64,000 nucleotides of DNA from Salinispira sp. (GTDB lineage: Bacteria; Spirochaetota; Spirochaetia; DSM-27196; Salinispiraceae), in the NCBI GenBank assembly GCA_965602015.1, contig OZ271918.1, forward strand, positions 3,040,001 through 3,104,000, written 5' to 3'. The stretch's first letter is position 1. Every line of letters begins with the position of its first letter. The translations under genes and the position numbers were made by a program. The notes under the pieces are model-generated. The model was not told the origin of the DNA. It saw only the letters and a program-made list of their open reading frames with translations, and ran no database searches. This document shows positions 10,947 through 20,986 of the stretch, in pieces.

Positions 10947-11423
10947 ATGGATGCCGAGCAAAGTCAAAAGCAATATCTTCACGCCCTTCTCACCCAAAAG
11001 GTGAAGGATCAGCGCGTACTTCAGGAACTGGAAGATCAGCGGGAGCTGTGGTCAAAGAGACTCCAACTCGCCAAGGATCACGGCAGGGGAGACCTCATTA
11101 AGGCTGCCGAGGAGCGCCTTGCTGAAATTGAACTATCCATTCCGGAAATACAGGGCAGAATAGCCCTCGATCAGCGGGAAATTGATGCGGCCCGGAGCGA
11201 TTTAAGCGATGCGGAAATTGACGGAAGCAGGGCAATGAACAGGGCTCAAACAGAGGCCCTCGTCAATCAGCTTCAGAAGGCATCGGGCACCGGCGAACCC
11301 GACCCGCTGGACTTCGAAGCGGTGAAAAAGGCAGAACAGAAAGCGATTGAAGATGAAATCGCGGAAATCGAGTCAGACTCGGAGCTCGATGCCCTTCGCA
11401 AGCGGCTCAAGGAAGAGCGTTAA
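10947..11423 (+). CDS. Hypothetical coiled-coil protein, PspA/IM30-like C-terminus
   Basis: Helical and charged; ends ELDALRKRLKEER; upstream TTGGCA-17-TATTAT-6-ATG. Confidence 0.65.
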   Translation: MDAEQSQKQYLHALLTQKVKDQRVLQELEDQRELWSKRLQLAKDHGRGDLIKAAEERLAEIELSIPEIQGRIALDQREIDAARSDLSDAEIDGSRAMNRAQTEALVNQLQKASGTGEPDPLDFEAVKKAEQKAIEDEIAEIESDSELDALRKRLKEER

Positions 11424-12894
11424 TCGCCTCGCGCGCCAAATCACGCCCCAAATTAAAAAAAGCCGAACTGATCGCGCCTGCGCTGCCGGTGCCCCGGCTG
11501 TTTTTAATGCCGCTGCTTCTGAAGATTATCCGGTCCTCACGGTAGTCGTAGACGAGGATTTCTCCCCGTACCTTTACGATATAACCGTCCCGTTCATCCA
11601 CCTCGACAATAGATCCTCGACCGAAAACGAGACGGGGAATTTCGCCTTCATATTCCGACCGGAACCATTCGATGAGGGCCTGCTGACCTGATTCCAAGCG
11701 CTCTGCTTCCCGGGGATTTAGTTCCTCTATGATGAAGCCGGAAGCCGCGAGTTCCTGGAGAATTCCGTCACGAGTACCGCTGCCCTCAATGGGAAATCCC
11801 GCGATGTCGGTCTGAAGGTACAAAACAGCTGTGGGAATTTCCGGAGATAGTGATTGGACGGAGAATGAGACCCTGAGCCGCAATTCCGCAGACCGTTCCT
11901 CCACCGACCGCAGCCGGTTTTGGTCAGCCAACCCGGCCCGCCTGAGGTTATCAATAGCGGGTGTGGTATCGAGGCTGAAGCTGATAAACCCCTGCCCCAG
12001 TCTCCCGCTTATGCCCGGCAACAGGTCCCCGGAAAAAACCGCCGTACCATCGGCAGCGCTGAGCGCACGAACCTCCATCTGGCGGGCACCCGCCGGCCTG
12101 ATTTCCCGGTAGGAGGCGATTACCGCAGCCCGAGGTACCGGGCGGCCGTCGGAATTTGTAACGCGAACAGAGAACCCGTCCTCAAGGCTGCGCCCGAGAT
12201 ACATAATGTCCGGAGCGCCGGCAGGTTCGAGCCTGATTGCATCCAAAGCGCGCCGGGCGCCTTCAAGGTTCCGCGCAGTTCTCAGCTCGGCATTCGGCAG
12301 ATCGGACTCCCAGGCTGCCAGGGCGGCGTCCATGTAGGAAACGTAGGCGCTGTAGAGTTCACCCCGAGCCTCGGCTCTCTGACCGCTTTGCTCGGGGAGC
12401 AAAATTCTGTTTTCACGCTCTTGGAGAAGGGCACGTCTGGCATTCCGCTCGGCCTCGAGTTCGACCTTCTCGTAGGATGCCAGGAGATGGACAATTACGC
12501 CGCTTTCTCTCTCCTGAATATAGCGGTCGACTATACGGAAGCCCGCAACCCTGCCGGCCCCGGTTTCGCTGACGCTTTGGCGCAGCTCAGCTTCGAAATC
12601 CTCCAGACTGCCCCGGATCTCCGCGTCACTGACGACGCTGATATCGACGCCCAGAACCCTGTTTATTTCAGTAAGCAGGGAAGCAACGGCAGCTTCCTGG
12701 GCAGCCGGCACACTACCTGCAGAATCCTCTGCGGAAACCGCAAAGTATTCAAATTCCGCATCTGCCGCCGGGGGGTCCAATACCCACCCGGGGACCTCCC
12801 TGCTCGACCCTGTGGCGGTGCAACCCGACGCCGCAAGGATGACCGCCAGTGAAATGCCCAGCAAAATCTGTTTCGCATGGTCTAAAATTTTCAT
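11407..12894 (-). CDS. Lipoprotein with an LPP20-like N-terminal domain
   Basis: Lipobox ASGC followed by VPGWV and AQEAAVASL; last gene of a minus-strand envelope cluster. Confidence 0.7.
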   Translation of the reverse strand: MKILDHAKQILLGISLAVILAASGCTATGSSREVPGWVLDPPAADAEFEYFAVSAEDSAGSVPAAQEAAVASLLTEINRVLGVDISVVSDAEIRGSLEDFEAELRQSVSETGAGRVAGFRIVDRYIQERESGVIVHLLASYEKVELEAERNARRALLQERENRILLPEQSGQRAEARGELYSAYVSYMDAALAAWESDLPNAELRTARNLEGARRALDAIRLEPAGAPDIMYLGRSLEDGFSVRVTNSDGRPVPRAAVIASYREIRPAGARQMEVRALSAADGTAVFSGDLLPGISGRLGQGFISFSLDTTPAIDNLRRAGLADQNRLRSVEERSAELRLRVSFSVQSLSPEIPTAVLYLQTDIAGFPIEGSGTRDGILQELAASGFIIEELNPREAERLESGQQALIEWFRSEYEGEIPRLVFGRGSIVEVDERDGYIVKVRGEILVYDYREDRIIFRSSGIKNSRGTGSAGAISSAFFNLGRDLAREAINALP

Positions 12895-12936
12895 CGACGG
12901 TTCATCCTCCGCATCCCGGGTTTAGTATCTCAGTCT

Positions 12937-13572
12937 TTATAGACCGCTTTCGAAGATTTCCCGAACCCGTTGCTGGGCGGTCTGTTCCTCTTCTGTATTG
13001 GAAGGCTGACCGCTGATGGCTTCATCAATAAGACGATCGACTTCGCTCTGGTCTATGGTGTACAGGCTGTAATACACATATTCCTCCTGGCCGTTTCGGT
13101 TATCCACCCGGAATATCCAGAAATCATCGTATTTCCTGAAACCGCTGATGCGGGCGTCTGCGAGCACCCTGACCACATTCTCAAAATAGGTTTCGACAAA
13201 ATCGTTGTCTCCGACCTCGGCACCGGCAAATTTCTGCTGTACGCGGAAATTCACCTCCCGGGAAATAGTCGAAGACGCATCGAAGGTGTCGGCAAGCGTC
13301 CTGACGCCGTTCAAATCCTGTCCGACCCGCTCAAAACGGTACAAATACCTGCCTTCGAAGCGCGGTTCTGTTTCCAACGCGCCGATTGCCGTATAGGTCC
13401 ATACGGGGATGGGTCCGCCGAGCTGGGTATTTTTGTGTTCAATCACCGTATACGGTGAAGCCACATCAAGTTCGGCAACCTCGCTCTCCTCGGGTTCAGG
13501 GGGCGGAGTAACACAGGAAGCGAAAATGACCAGAATGAGCAGTACGGCGGTTAATGCGATGCGGATCTTCAT
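12937..13572 (-). CDS. Lipoprotein of unknown function (LPP20-like)
   Basis: Lipobox FASC, IPVW motif, SD GGAGG. Confidence 0.75.
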   Translation of the reverse strand: MKIRIALTAVLLILVIFASCVTPPPEPEESEVAELDVASPYTVIEHKNTQLGGPIPVWTYTAIGALETEPRFEGRYLYRFERVGQDLNGVRTLADTFDASSTISREVNFRVQQKFAGAEVGDNDFVETYFENVVRVLADARISGFRKYDDFWIFRVDNRNGQEEYVYYSLYTIDQSEVDRLIDEAISGQPSNTEEEQTAQQRVREIFESGL

Positions 13573-13583
13573 AGTTTATCCTC

Positions 13584-14933
13584 CTATTGAAGCAATCCAG
13601 CGTCAAATGTGAGTGTGTTGCCCCTGGTCAACACCAGGGTTATAAATTCCATACCGGGAAGCTCATCGGCAACCCGATATACCAAATCTTCAAGCTCGTC
13701 GTTTCTGCCAAAAAAAAATGCCTCGTAGCGGCTTTCCTCGGCGCTTTGGCTAATTGTCTCGAGACTCCGCATTTCTTCCCGAAGCCGGGTCCTAAAGCGG
13801 CTCATCAGACGGGGGTCCGCAGTGTTTATAAAATGCAGTTCATAGCGGATGCCTCCGGATATTACCTGCTCGAACTGTGTTCGGCTTTGACGGGTTGCGT
13901 AGGGCATTATCTGGAAAACCGAGCTCTGGAGGGCATTGGACAGCGCATCGTCTTGACTGCTCCTGCTGATAGTTTCGGGGCTGGTGTACGGTGCTGAGGC
14001 CAGGAGCTGTCCGTTGGAAGTTTCGTACATCCGGAGCGTCATTATCGCCTGAGCGAAATGACGTTGTCCGTCGCTGCGGGTGGTGGCACTGGCTCCGATT
14101 TCCACATAAATATCAGCGCGCAGTCTCTGTGCGATCCATCTGATTATCCCCGTTTCGCCGCCGCTTTGCTCCTCGAACACCAGTTCGGCATCCTGACGCA
14201 ATTCCTGGACCTGATCGAGGGCGAATACCCGATACCCCTCACTGGCAAGCCATGAGTTGGCCTGCCCCACCGCAGTGCTCAGAAGGAATGGATCAACCTC
14301 GCTGTCTTCGTCATAGAATACCAGATAGCTCAAATTTTCAACGTAGCGGCGGACGAACTCCCGCTCGCGGGGAGTGACATCCCGCTCTTGAGCAACCTCA
14401 GCCTCCTGACCCTCGGTATCGTCCTCCCTGAGCGCTGCAGCTGCGGCGTTGTCGCCCTGAGTACTCTGCTGCGCAGTTGCGGAGGATTCGGCGGCCGAGC
14501 CTGCGGCTGATATGCCGTTTGCATCCAGCACCCTCTGAACTGCCGGGAGATTTACCCGAATACGAATCTCGTAAATCATATCAAAACTATCGACGTCGCC
14601 GAGGTTTTCCCTGCGCAGGGTTTCCATGGTCTCGGGAAATACATAGCGATTGGGATTGGAGCTATTGTAGAGTACATCTTCCAGGAGTTCACGATTACCA
14701 GCCTCTGCCTGCGCTCCGATAAGACGGACAACGGCCTTACGGACCGCATCCATTTTCGCTTCATTCATAGCCTGAAGAAGGCTTTCGTCCCTGCCGACGC
14801 CTTCATATACCTCGGGGATGCCACCGCTCTCCACGGCTTGCGGCCCCCCGGCGCAGGCGGATACCAGCATTGCGAGCAACAGCACAATTATTCCCAGTGA
14901 TTTAGTCACACGTACACTCCCATAGTTCACCAT
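13584..14933 (-). CDS. Lipoprotein of unknown function (FlgT/LPP20-like N-terminus)
   Basis: Lipobox VSAC and EGVG...AMNEAKMDAVRKAV. Start set at ATG 14933 because the longer ORF overlaps the upstream gene. Confidence 0.7.
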   Translation of the reverse strand: MVNYGSVRVTKSLGIIVLLLAMLVSACAGGPQAVESGGIPEVYEGVGRDESLLQAMNEAKMDAVRKAVVRLIGAQAEAGNRELLEDVLYNSSNPNRYVFPETMETLRRENLGDVDSFDMIYEIRIRVNLPAVQRVLDANGISAAGSAAESSATAQQSTQGDNAAAAALREDDTEGQEAEVAQERDVTPREREFVRRYVENLSYLVFYDEDSEVDPFLLSTAVGQANSWLASEGYRVFALDQVQELRQDAELVFEEQSGGETGIIRWIAQRLRADIYVEIGASATTRSDGQRHFAQAIMTLRMYETSNGQLLASAPYTSPETISRSSQDDALSNALQSSVFQIMPYATRQSRTQFEQVISGGIRYELHFINTADPRLMSRFRTRLREEMRSLETISQSAEESRYEAFFFGRNDELEDLVYRVADELPGMEFITLVLTRGNTLTFDAGLLQ

Positions 14934-14949
14934 AGTTCTAACACCTGCC

Positions 14950-16353
14950 TTAGCGGAATCTGGCACCGATACCAAACACAATTCCCTGAATATTGCCCCC
15001 GGGGCCCGCAAGACCGAATTGAATTTCATAGCCGGTCTCGAGATACACTTCAGCCCCGTCATCCATGCCGGGCAGGAGATAGGAAATCCCGAGCATGCCG
15101 GTGGTCTTGATAGCCCGGAAGGAAAAATCTTCGCCCTCCTGGAATGGTATCTGTCCAATAATTCCAAGATAGGCCTGCGGGATAAACCGGAGCCTGCGCA
15201 GAAATACATTGTACTCCGCACCCAGGTTCACGCTCACCGGTAATCCTTCGAGGGGCCCCGCAGTACTCGCTTGAGAAAGGAGCACTTCGATGCCGACCAA
15301 TGGGCGGAACGCATAAAACCCCCTGTTGGGAGCCACTTTGACACCAAGCGCCAGACTTTCAATGAGGGGATCGGCCAGGGGTACCAATGCGGAGATGTAC
15401 GGAGTACTGTCCACTCCAATTCGGGGGACCTCCCGCACTTCATCGCCGATTACCGAGGAACTTTCTTCGTAGATAATTTGCGCAACAGAATACTCGCGAT
15501 TGACTTCACGTATCCTCAGCAACGCTATTCGGCGGGCATACTGGTACCCCGCCACTTCGGCAAATCGGGTGATTTCATACTCATCCCCCACCTGAATTCC
15601 CATGTTGCTGCCGAGAGCGAGAACCAGTCGCGATCCGTTCCGGTCCAAAACTGCAGTGCGAATACGGAACTCCTCAATGGAGCGGATCTCAAAATTAAGT
15701 TGACCCGCAATTCCGTCAACCGCATCTCTCATCGCTTCCCGGGGATCCGTGTCATACCCGCTGGATTCGACGGAAAATTCAGCCAGGCTCTCGTAATTCT
15801 GAACATTGACGATGCTGAAATTCGTCACGATCCCCGACTCCCAGTTGCCCGAATCATCGCGGTTGAGCTGGTAATAACTGACAGACGGAACGACGATGAT
15901 AAAACTGTCCACCAGCTGCCTCAGATCTGCTTCGGTGAAAGCCTGCTGACCGAGACGCACAGCCTCGGGTATTTCAACCTGGGCTTCCCGATAACGCTGA
16001 ATCTCATCGATAAACGCAGAAAGGCTCGAGCTTTCCAGGCGTTGGGGATAACTACGAATGGTGAATCGGCCGAGATTCTGAAAAACCTGTCTGATTTGAG
16101 CGTCCACCCCGCTGATCGTGTCCTGAAAGATTCTGTCGGTCTGCGGATTGCCGCTGCCCTGGAGTCGAATATCGAGCTTGCTGTCTCCAATCTGCGCGGA
16201 AATCTCAAGATTTACCCGTTCGGGGGCAGGGGGAGCCCCATAATAATTGAGCCTAAAAATCGAAAGTTCCTGTTTCTCAGATATCTCCTGGGCCGCAGCG
16301 GCACCTGCGAGGAGAGACATTGCCATGAATATGGCTATCACACGATTTTTCAT
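14950..16353 (-). CDS. Secreted/outer-membrane protein with a probable C-terminal beta-barrel
   Basis: Signal peptide MKNRVIA...AAAAQ; FlgT-C-like LGSNMGIQVGDEYEI; amphipathic strands ending FGIGARFR. Confidence 0.7.
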   Translation of the reverse strand: MKNRVIAIFMAMSLLAGAAAAQEISEKQELSIFRLNYYGAPPAPERVNLEISAQIGDSKLDIRLQGSGNPQTDRIFQDTISGVDAQIRQVFQNLGRFTIRSYPQRLESSSLSAFIDEIQRYREAQVEIPEAVRLGQQAFTEADLRQLVDSFIIVVPSVSYYQLNRDDSGNWESGIVTNFSIVNVQNYESLAEFSVESSGYDTDPREAMRDAVDGIAGQLNFEIRSIEEFRIRTAVLDRNGSRLVLALGSNMGIQVGDEYEITRFAEVAGYQYARRIALLRIREVNREYSVAQIIYEESSSVIGDEVREVPRIGVDSTPYISALVPLADPLIESLALGVKVAPNRGFYAFRPLVGIEVLLSQASTAGPLEGLPVSVNLGAEYNVFLRRLRFIPQAYLGIIGQIPFQEGEDFSFRAIKTTGMLGISYLLPGMDDGAEVYLETGYEIQFGLAGPGGNIQGIVFGIGARFR

Positions 16354-16456
16354 CAGCCTTCCTGTCTTTCCAATAGTAGTTCGGTAAGTATCACTTTTCA
16401 ATCGGAGGTGATAACAAATAACCTGTTAATGGGTTTTTCTGCGGCGATAGAATGTC

Positions 16457-18391
16457 TTATGGCGTGCCGGTTTCGGCCGGCAAGCCCTGAGGATCAGCGG
16501 CGCCGCCGTCGGCATCTTCATCATCGCCGTCGTCACTCTCGGGATTCTCGTCCAGTACTCCGAGAACCCGCTCGACAAACTCTCCGGGCACGTTCGCCGC
16601 AGCGGCTGAGTCCAGTCGGATGCGAATATCCGCAGCTTCGCCCTGTGAGATGACGAAGCGGAAGCGTCCGTCTTCCGGCGAGGGCAAGAGATATTCATTA
16701 CCGAGTATGCTGAGAAAAATACTTCCCTGAGCCCGAGTGAGTTCGAGATTTATGTTAGCCGGCAACGCAAGGTCGCTTGCAAGGATTTCATCGCCGGAAA
16801 TCAGTTCCCCGTTTCCCTCAAGACGGAAGACCTCGGAAACTTCTTCACCGAGCTGCTGCACAAGGATCATTGAACTGGCGGAGAGATCGTCAGCGGTATT
16901 AAAGCTGGTTTGAATTTCGACCAGGTACTCATCGAGGGCGAAATTCGGTAACTCAACCCATGCTCCCGGCGGAAGCTGAAGATATCCGTTAGCTACGCTG
17001 GCATCGTCGGAATAGCTAATGGCGGAATTGATAGATGAGGCAAACTCAAATCCCTCGGCATAGAGAATGAAGTTGCCGTATTTCTTCTGGAGAATGAGCT
17101 TGAACAAACTTTCCAGGGGCTGCCGGTCTGTTAAGGGTCGAACGGCAAACTCAGTGATCAAGCCGCTGTATATCTCAAGACTCTCGTTGGAATCGGCGCC
17201 CGGGGGAACTTCGGGGGCATCTCCGCTATTTGTGTTTGCCTCACCATCTGAATCGAGGGCGGGAAGGTTAGATACCCGGTCCGCCGACAAAAGGCTTTGG
17301 GCAGAAAAATCAGCATACGAAATCAATTCTCCGCTTAAAACCCGCTGACCGTCCATTATAAGAATGGTCACGTGGCTCTCGCCCTGTAATACATCGAGGT
17401 AGAATGGGCCGGAGGGGATTTGACCGTTGAAGTTTGACTCAAGAACCGCGGCTGATTCTCCCCGCGCAAGCTCAATTATGAGTGAATCCCGGCTAGCACC
17501 GGCAGATAGATGCAACTCCGGTCCCCGCAGTTCAAACAGCTTTTCCGATCCAGAAACTCCCTGGAGCTCGGCGGTAAATTCCAGACGGCTGGACACTCTT
17601 TCATCGAGGTAATACCAAAGATCTTCCTCGAGCCGAAAACCAGCTTCAGGTGAGACCCTCCGGAGTTCACTGTTTTCAAAATCGCCGGTTTCGGTAACCA
17701 GTACTTCGAGACTGTAGAAATCCTGAGAATAACTGTCCTCGTCTATCCGGTAATCGAACCAGGGATACAGATCCAGCCGGAGATCGTATACGCCTCCGTT
17801 GTCCGGGGCTTCCAACTCAAAGTTAAGAGCGCCTTCGGTAACCGTGTCCTCATAGACAACCATTCCGTTAAGCCGAAACTGCGCAAAAGGCGCTGGAGAC
17901 GACGAAGGATCGAGCTCGAGAGAAACAGCGATGGTCTCTCCCGGCAACACCGAATGGGGGTTTACGGTTATCTGGCTCAGCGACAGTGCCTCATTGGTAT
18001 AATAAAACCAGCTCTCTTTTTCCCCGAGGCTCTCACCCCGAGAGAAGAGCTCTATGTTCAGTTGGTAAATATCTTCATCGAGATTTTGAAACACAAGAGG
18101 CGGAAGCTCGGGAAAGCTCAGTTGCTCCCCCTCATAGCGGGCTTCGGCTATGATGCTGCCCAGACCGTCTGTCAACTCGACGGTGACCAGATCGACTTCG
18201 GAATTAAGAGCTTCGGCATCGATCACCAAAGGGATGTCCTGTCCCTCGGCAATCCGGGAACCCGGAGCAACAGAATCGACCGGGAGGTTCACTCCGGCGT
18301 TCTGGGAAAGAAAGGTGCTGCCGGCCCCGCAGGAACCCAGGAAAATAATGAGGATAAATAGGGATGTAGGGCGCAATGCAGGGTTTTTCAT
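16457..18391 (-). CDS. Large acidic lipoprotein of unknown function
   Basis: Lipobox LGSC; beta-rich; acidic C-terminal tail. Start uncertain (18391 or 18418). Confidence 0.7.
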   Translation of the reverse strand: MKNPALRPTSLFILIIFLGSCGAGSTFLSQNAGVNLPVDSVAPGSRIAEGQDIPLVIDAEALNSEVDLVTVELTDGLGSIIAEARYEGEQLSFPELPPLVFQNLDEDIYQLNIELFSRGESLGEKESWFYYTNEALSLSQITVNPHSVLPGETIAVSLELDPSSSPAPFAQFRLNGMVVYEDTVTEGALNFELEAPDNGGVYDLRLDLYPWFDYRIDEDSYSQDFYSLEVLVTETGDFENSELRRVSPEAGFRLEEDLWYYLDERVSSRLEFTAELQGVSGSEKLFELRGPELHLSAGASRDSLIIELARGESAAVLESNFNGQIPSGPFYLDVLQGESHVTILIMDGQRVLSGELISYADFSAQSLLSADRVSNLPALDSDGEANTNSGDAPEVPPGADSNESLEIYSGLITEFAVRPLTDRQPLESLFKLILQKKYGNFILYAEGFEFASSINSAISYSDDASVANGYLQLPPGAWVELPNFALDEYLVEIQTSFNTADDLSASSMILVQQLGEEVSEVFRLEGNGELISGDEILASDLALPANINLELTRAQGSIFLSILGNEYLLPSPEDGRFRFVISQGEAADIRIRLDSAAAANVPGEFVERVLGVLDENPESDDGDDEDADGGAADPQGLPAETGTP

Positions 18392-18443
18392 ATGGTTAAC
18401 CACCATAGATAATAGCACAAAATACCGAGATAACCAAGATTTC

Positions 18444-18472
18444 TTGCCCAGGGGCTACAGCGCCGGTACAAT
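18444..18472 (+). promoter_or_regulatory. Sigma70-type promoter; probable leaderless alr mRNA
   Basis: TTGCCC-17-TACAAT, then 6 nt, then ATG 18479; no SD. Confidence 0.6.
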
Positions 18473-18478
18473 GCACAA

Positions 18479-19612
18479 ATGGATGGAACCAGGGCCACAA
18501 TATACCTCGATAATTTGAATCACAACATAAAGGCGCTCAAAGCCGCATCGGGGAACCGGCGCTTTTGCCTGGCAGTAAAGGCAGACGCCTACGGTCACGG
18601 CGCAGTGGAAATTTCCAGGGCCGCGGCCCAGACCGGGGTGGAAAGTCTTGGAGTTGCCCGCATTGCCGAGGCCAGGCAGCTGCGATCATCGGGGATTAAC
18701 CTGCCCATCCTGCTCTTTAGCGCATTCGACCTGTCGGATGCGGCGGAAATCGTTGAGCTGGATATTCAACCCTTCGTGTCTTCCATTGATGCAATAAAAG
18801 CCCTGTCGGCCGCCGCGAACAGGAAAAAACCTGCTGCAGTTCACCTCAAAATCGACACGGGGATGGGCCGAATCGGTTGTACTCCGGAGCAGGCCGTCCA
18901 TGTAGCCCGGTACTGCGTTGCTGAACCGGAAATAATGCTTGAAGGCATAGCTACGCATTATCCCCTGGCCGACAATCCGGATGACCTGACGGCGAGAGGG
19001 CAAATTCGCGATATGGCGGATGTACGAGCCATGCTCGAGGCTGAGGGAATACGACCGCGGTATTATCACGCGGCCAACTCGGGAGGCATTTTTTTCCACG
19101 CAGATGACGGCATGGATATGGTCAGGCCGGGAATATCCGCCTACGGATACTCGCCTGACCGGCATTTCGCCGAGGCGTTGACCGCACGGGGCATTTCGCT
19201 CAAACCGGTAATGGAACTTTCGGCGCCGGTGACCTTTGTAAAAAAGGTAGCCAGGGGACAGGGGATATCGTACGGGCATATATGGCATGCACCGGAGGAT
19301 TGCTGGATAGCAACAATCAACTGCGGCTACGCGGACGGATATCCCCGTTTAAGCTCAGGACATAATTCCGTGCGTATCCGCGGCCGCGATTATCCCCAGG
19401 TGGGCAGAATTTGTATGGACCAGTGCATGGTCAATTTGGGAAGCGATAATCCGGGGGTTTCGCCGGGAGACCGAGCCCTGTTATTCGGGCCCGACGGTCC
19501 GGAGGATGCGGACAGCATCGCCGATCATGCCCAGACCATTTCATATGAAATTACCTGCGGCATCACAAGCCGGGTACCGCGGGAATATTCCCCCAGCACC
19601 GCAAAAAGTTAA
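18479..19612 (+). CDS. alr: Alanine racemase
   Basis: AVKADAYGHG, HLKIDTGMGRIG, GYADG and GRICMDQ. Confidence 0.98.
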   Translation: MDGTRATIYLDNLNHNIKALKAASGNRRFCLAVKADAYGHGAVEISRAAAQTGVESLGVARIAEARQLRSSGINLPILLFSAFDLSDAAEIVELDIQPFVSSIDAIKALSAAANRKKPAAVHLKIDTGMGRIGCTPEQAVHVARYCVAEPEIMLEGIATHYPLADNPDDLTARGQIRDMADVRAMLEAEGIRPRYYHAANSGGIFFHADDGMDMVRPGISAYGYSPDRHFAEALTARGISLKPVMELSAPVTFVKKVARGQGISYGHIWHAPEDCWIATINCGYADGYPRLSSGHNSVRIRGRDYPQVGRICMDQCMVNLGSDNPGVSPGDRALLFGPDGPEDADSIADHAQTISYEITCGITSRVPREYSPSTAKS

Positions 19613-19678
19613 TCGCGAGCATAAAAAATAGAGAGGGAATGACGAATGTTCCCAAAAAACCTCCGCCGGTCGGTACCG

Positions 19679-20926
19679 TTATTGGACCAGCCGGCTGATA
19701 ATATTCAGCACGACCTTGCTCGCCCGAACCATTGAAGGAAGGGCCACCCACTCGTACCTGCTGTGAAAATTCAGACCCCCCGCAAATATATTGGGCGTGG
19801 GCAGCCCCATCTCCGTGAGCCTGGCGCCGTCGGTGCCGCCGCGGATGCTTTTTTGTATCGGTTCCATTCCGGTGTCCCGAATTGCACCCTCGAGGGTTTC
19901 GAGGATTACGGGCTTTTTATCGAGAAAAGGTTTGAGATTCAAATACATCTGGGTGCTGCGGAATTTTACCTGGGAGCCGGGATTTTGCAGCTCCACGGTC
20001 TTAGCAAGCTGCTCGAGATATTCGAGGCGCCGATGAATCTGATCCTGGTCAAAATCCCTGATAAATATACCGAGGCTGGCCTTCTCCATTGTTCCGCTGA
20101 TCTCCTTTGCAGCGTAGAATCCGAAATCCCCGTCGGTGGCTTCGGGAGTCTCGTTGCGGGGGAGCATGCTGATATAGGTGGAGGCCATGGTAATTGCATT
20201 TACCATTTCGCCCCTGGCGTAGCCCGGGTGAATCATAACGCCGGTAAAATCGATGTCGACACTCCAGGCGTTGAAGCACTGGGCGTTGTATGACCCTTCT
20301 ACATCTCCGTCCAGGGTAAAGCCGAATTGGGAATGAACCCTATCTTTCGGGAATTTAACAGTTCCCCGGCCGATTTCCTCGTCAGGGGTGAAAACAATTT
20401 CGACTTCCCCATGGAGAAATTCCGGGTGCTCCATGATGTATTTTGCGGCGGTCATAATTTCAGCCATGCCGGCCTTGTCGTCGGCGCCGAGCAGGGTGCT
20501 CCCGTCGGTGGTAATTATGGTCTCGCCGATATATTGCTTCAGAAGCGGATTGCTCTCCGGGTCCAGCACATGTTCACCGTCCAGATCGATGGTCCCGCCG
20601 TCATAATTTCTGCGGATCTGGGGTTTCACGTTCTCACCGGAAAAATCAGGCGCGGTATCGATATGGGCGAGAAAGAGGACAGCCGGCGCCGCTGTATTAG
20701 CGGGTATACGGGCAAGAACGTTGCAATGCTCGGTCAGCTCCACATCGCTGATGCCCATCTGATGCAGCTCCTGTACCAGGAGTTTAGCGAGATCCCACTG
20801 ACGCTCGGTACTGGGCGTGGTATCGCTGTGGCTGTCGCTGGTAGTGTGTATTTTCACGTAGCGCTGAAAGCGCTCCAGCACATCGTTTTCAAACCACTCC
20901 CTGTCAATATCCATTGTCTGCGGCAT
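19679..20926 (-). CDS. pepT: Peptidase T (tripeptidase, M20)
   Basis: AHIDT, LLGADDKAG, FTPDEEIG, IRGGTDGA and NFHSRYE. Confidence 0.97.
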   Translation of the reverse strand: MPQTMDIDREWFENDVLERFQRYVKIHTTSDSHSDTTPSTERQWDLAKLLVQELHQMGISDVELTEHCNVLARIPANTAAPAVLFLAHIDTAPDFSGENVKPQIRRNYDGGTIDLDGEHVLDPESNPLLKQYIGETIITTDGSTLLGADDKAGMAEIMTAAKYIMEHPEFLHGEVEIVFTPDEEIGRGTVKFPKDRVHSQFGFTLDGDVEGSYNAQCFNAWSVDIDFTGVMIHPGYARGEMVNAITMASTYISMLPRNETPEATDGDFGFYAAKEISGTMEKASLGIFIRDFDQDQIHRRLEYLEQLAKTVELQNPGSQVKFRSTQMYLNLKPFLDKKPVILETLEGAIRDTGMEPIQKSIRGGTDGARLTEMGLPTPNIFAGGLNFHSRYEWVALPSMVRASKVVLNIISRLVQ

Positions 20927-20986
20927 GTCCTACTCCTCAAGGTAATCCTATTTGCCCGATGCTTCCGGACATCGTATATTAGTACA

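Noticed and set aside
11920..12852. 310-aa plus-strand ORF
   Set aside because: Antisense to the lipoprotein at 11407-12894.
14934..15221. N-terminal extension of the 545-aa ORF
   Set aside because: Overlaps the upstream gene; the signal peptide and lipobox begin after 14933.
15271..16653. 460-aa plus-strand ORF
   Set aside because: Antisense shadow of the exported protein at 14950-16353; no protein-like motifs.
20327..20986. N-terminal extension of the 535-aa ORF
   Set aside because: Overlaps pepT on the opposite strand; promoter and domain boundary point to ATG 20987.
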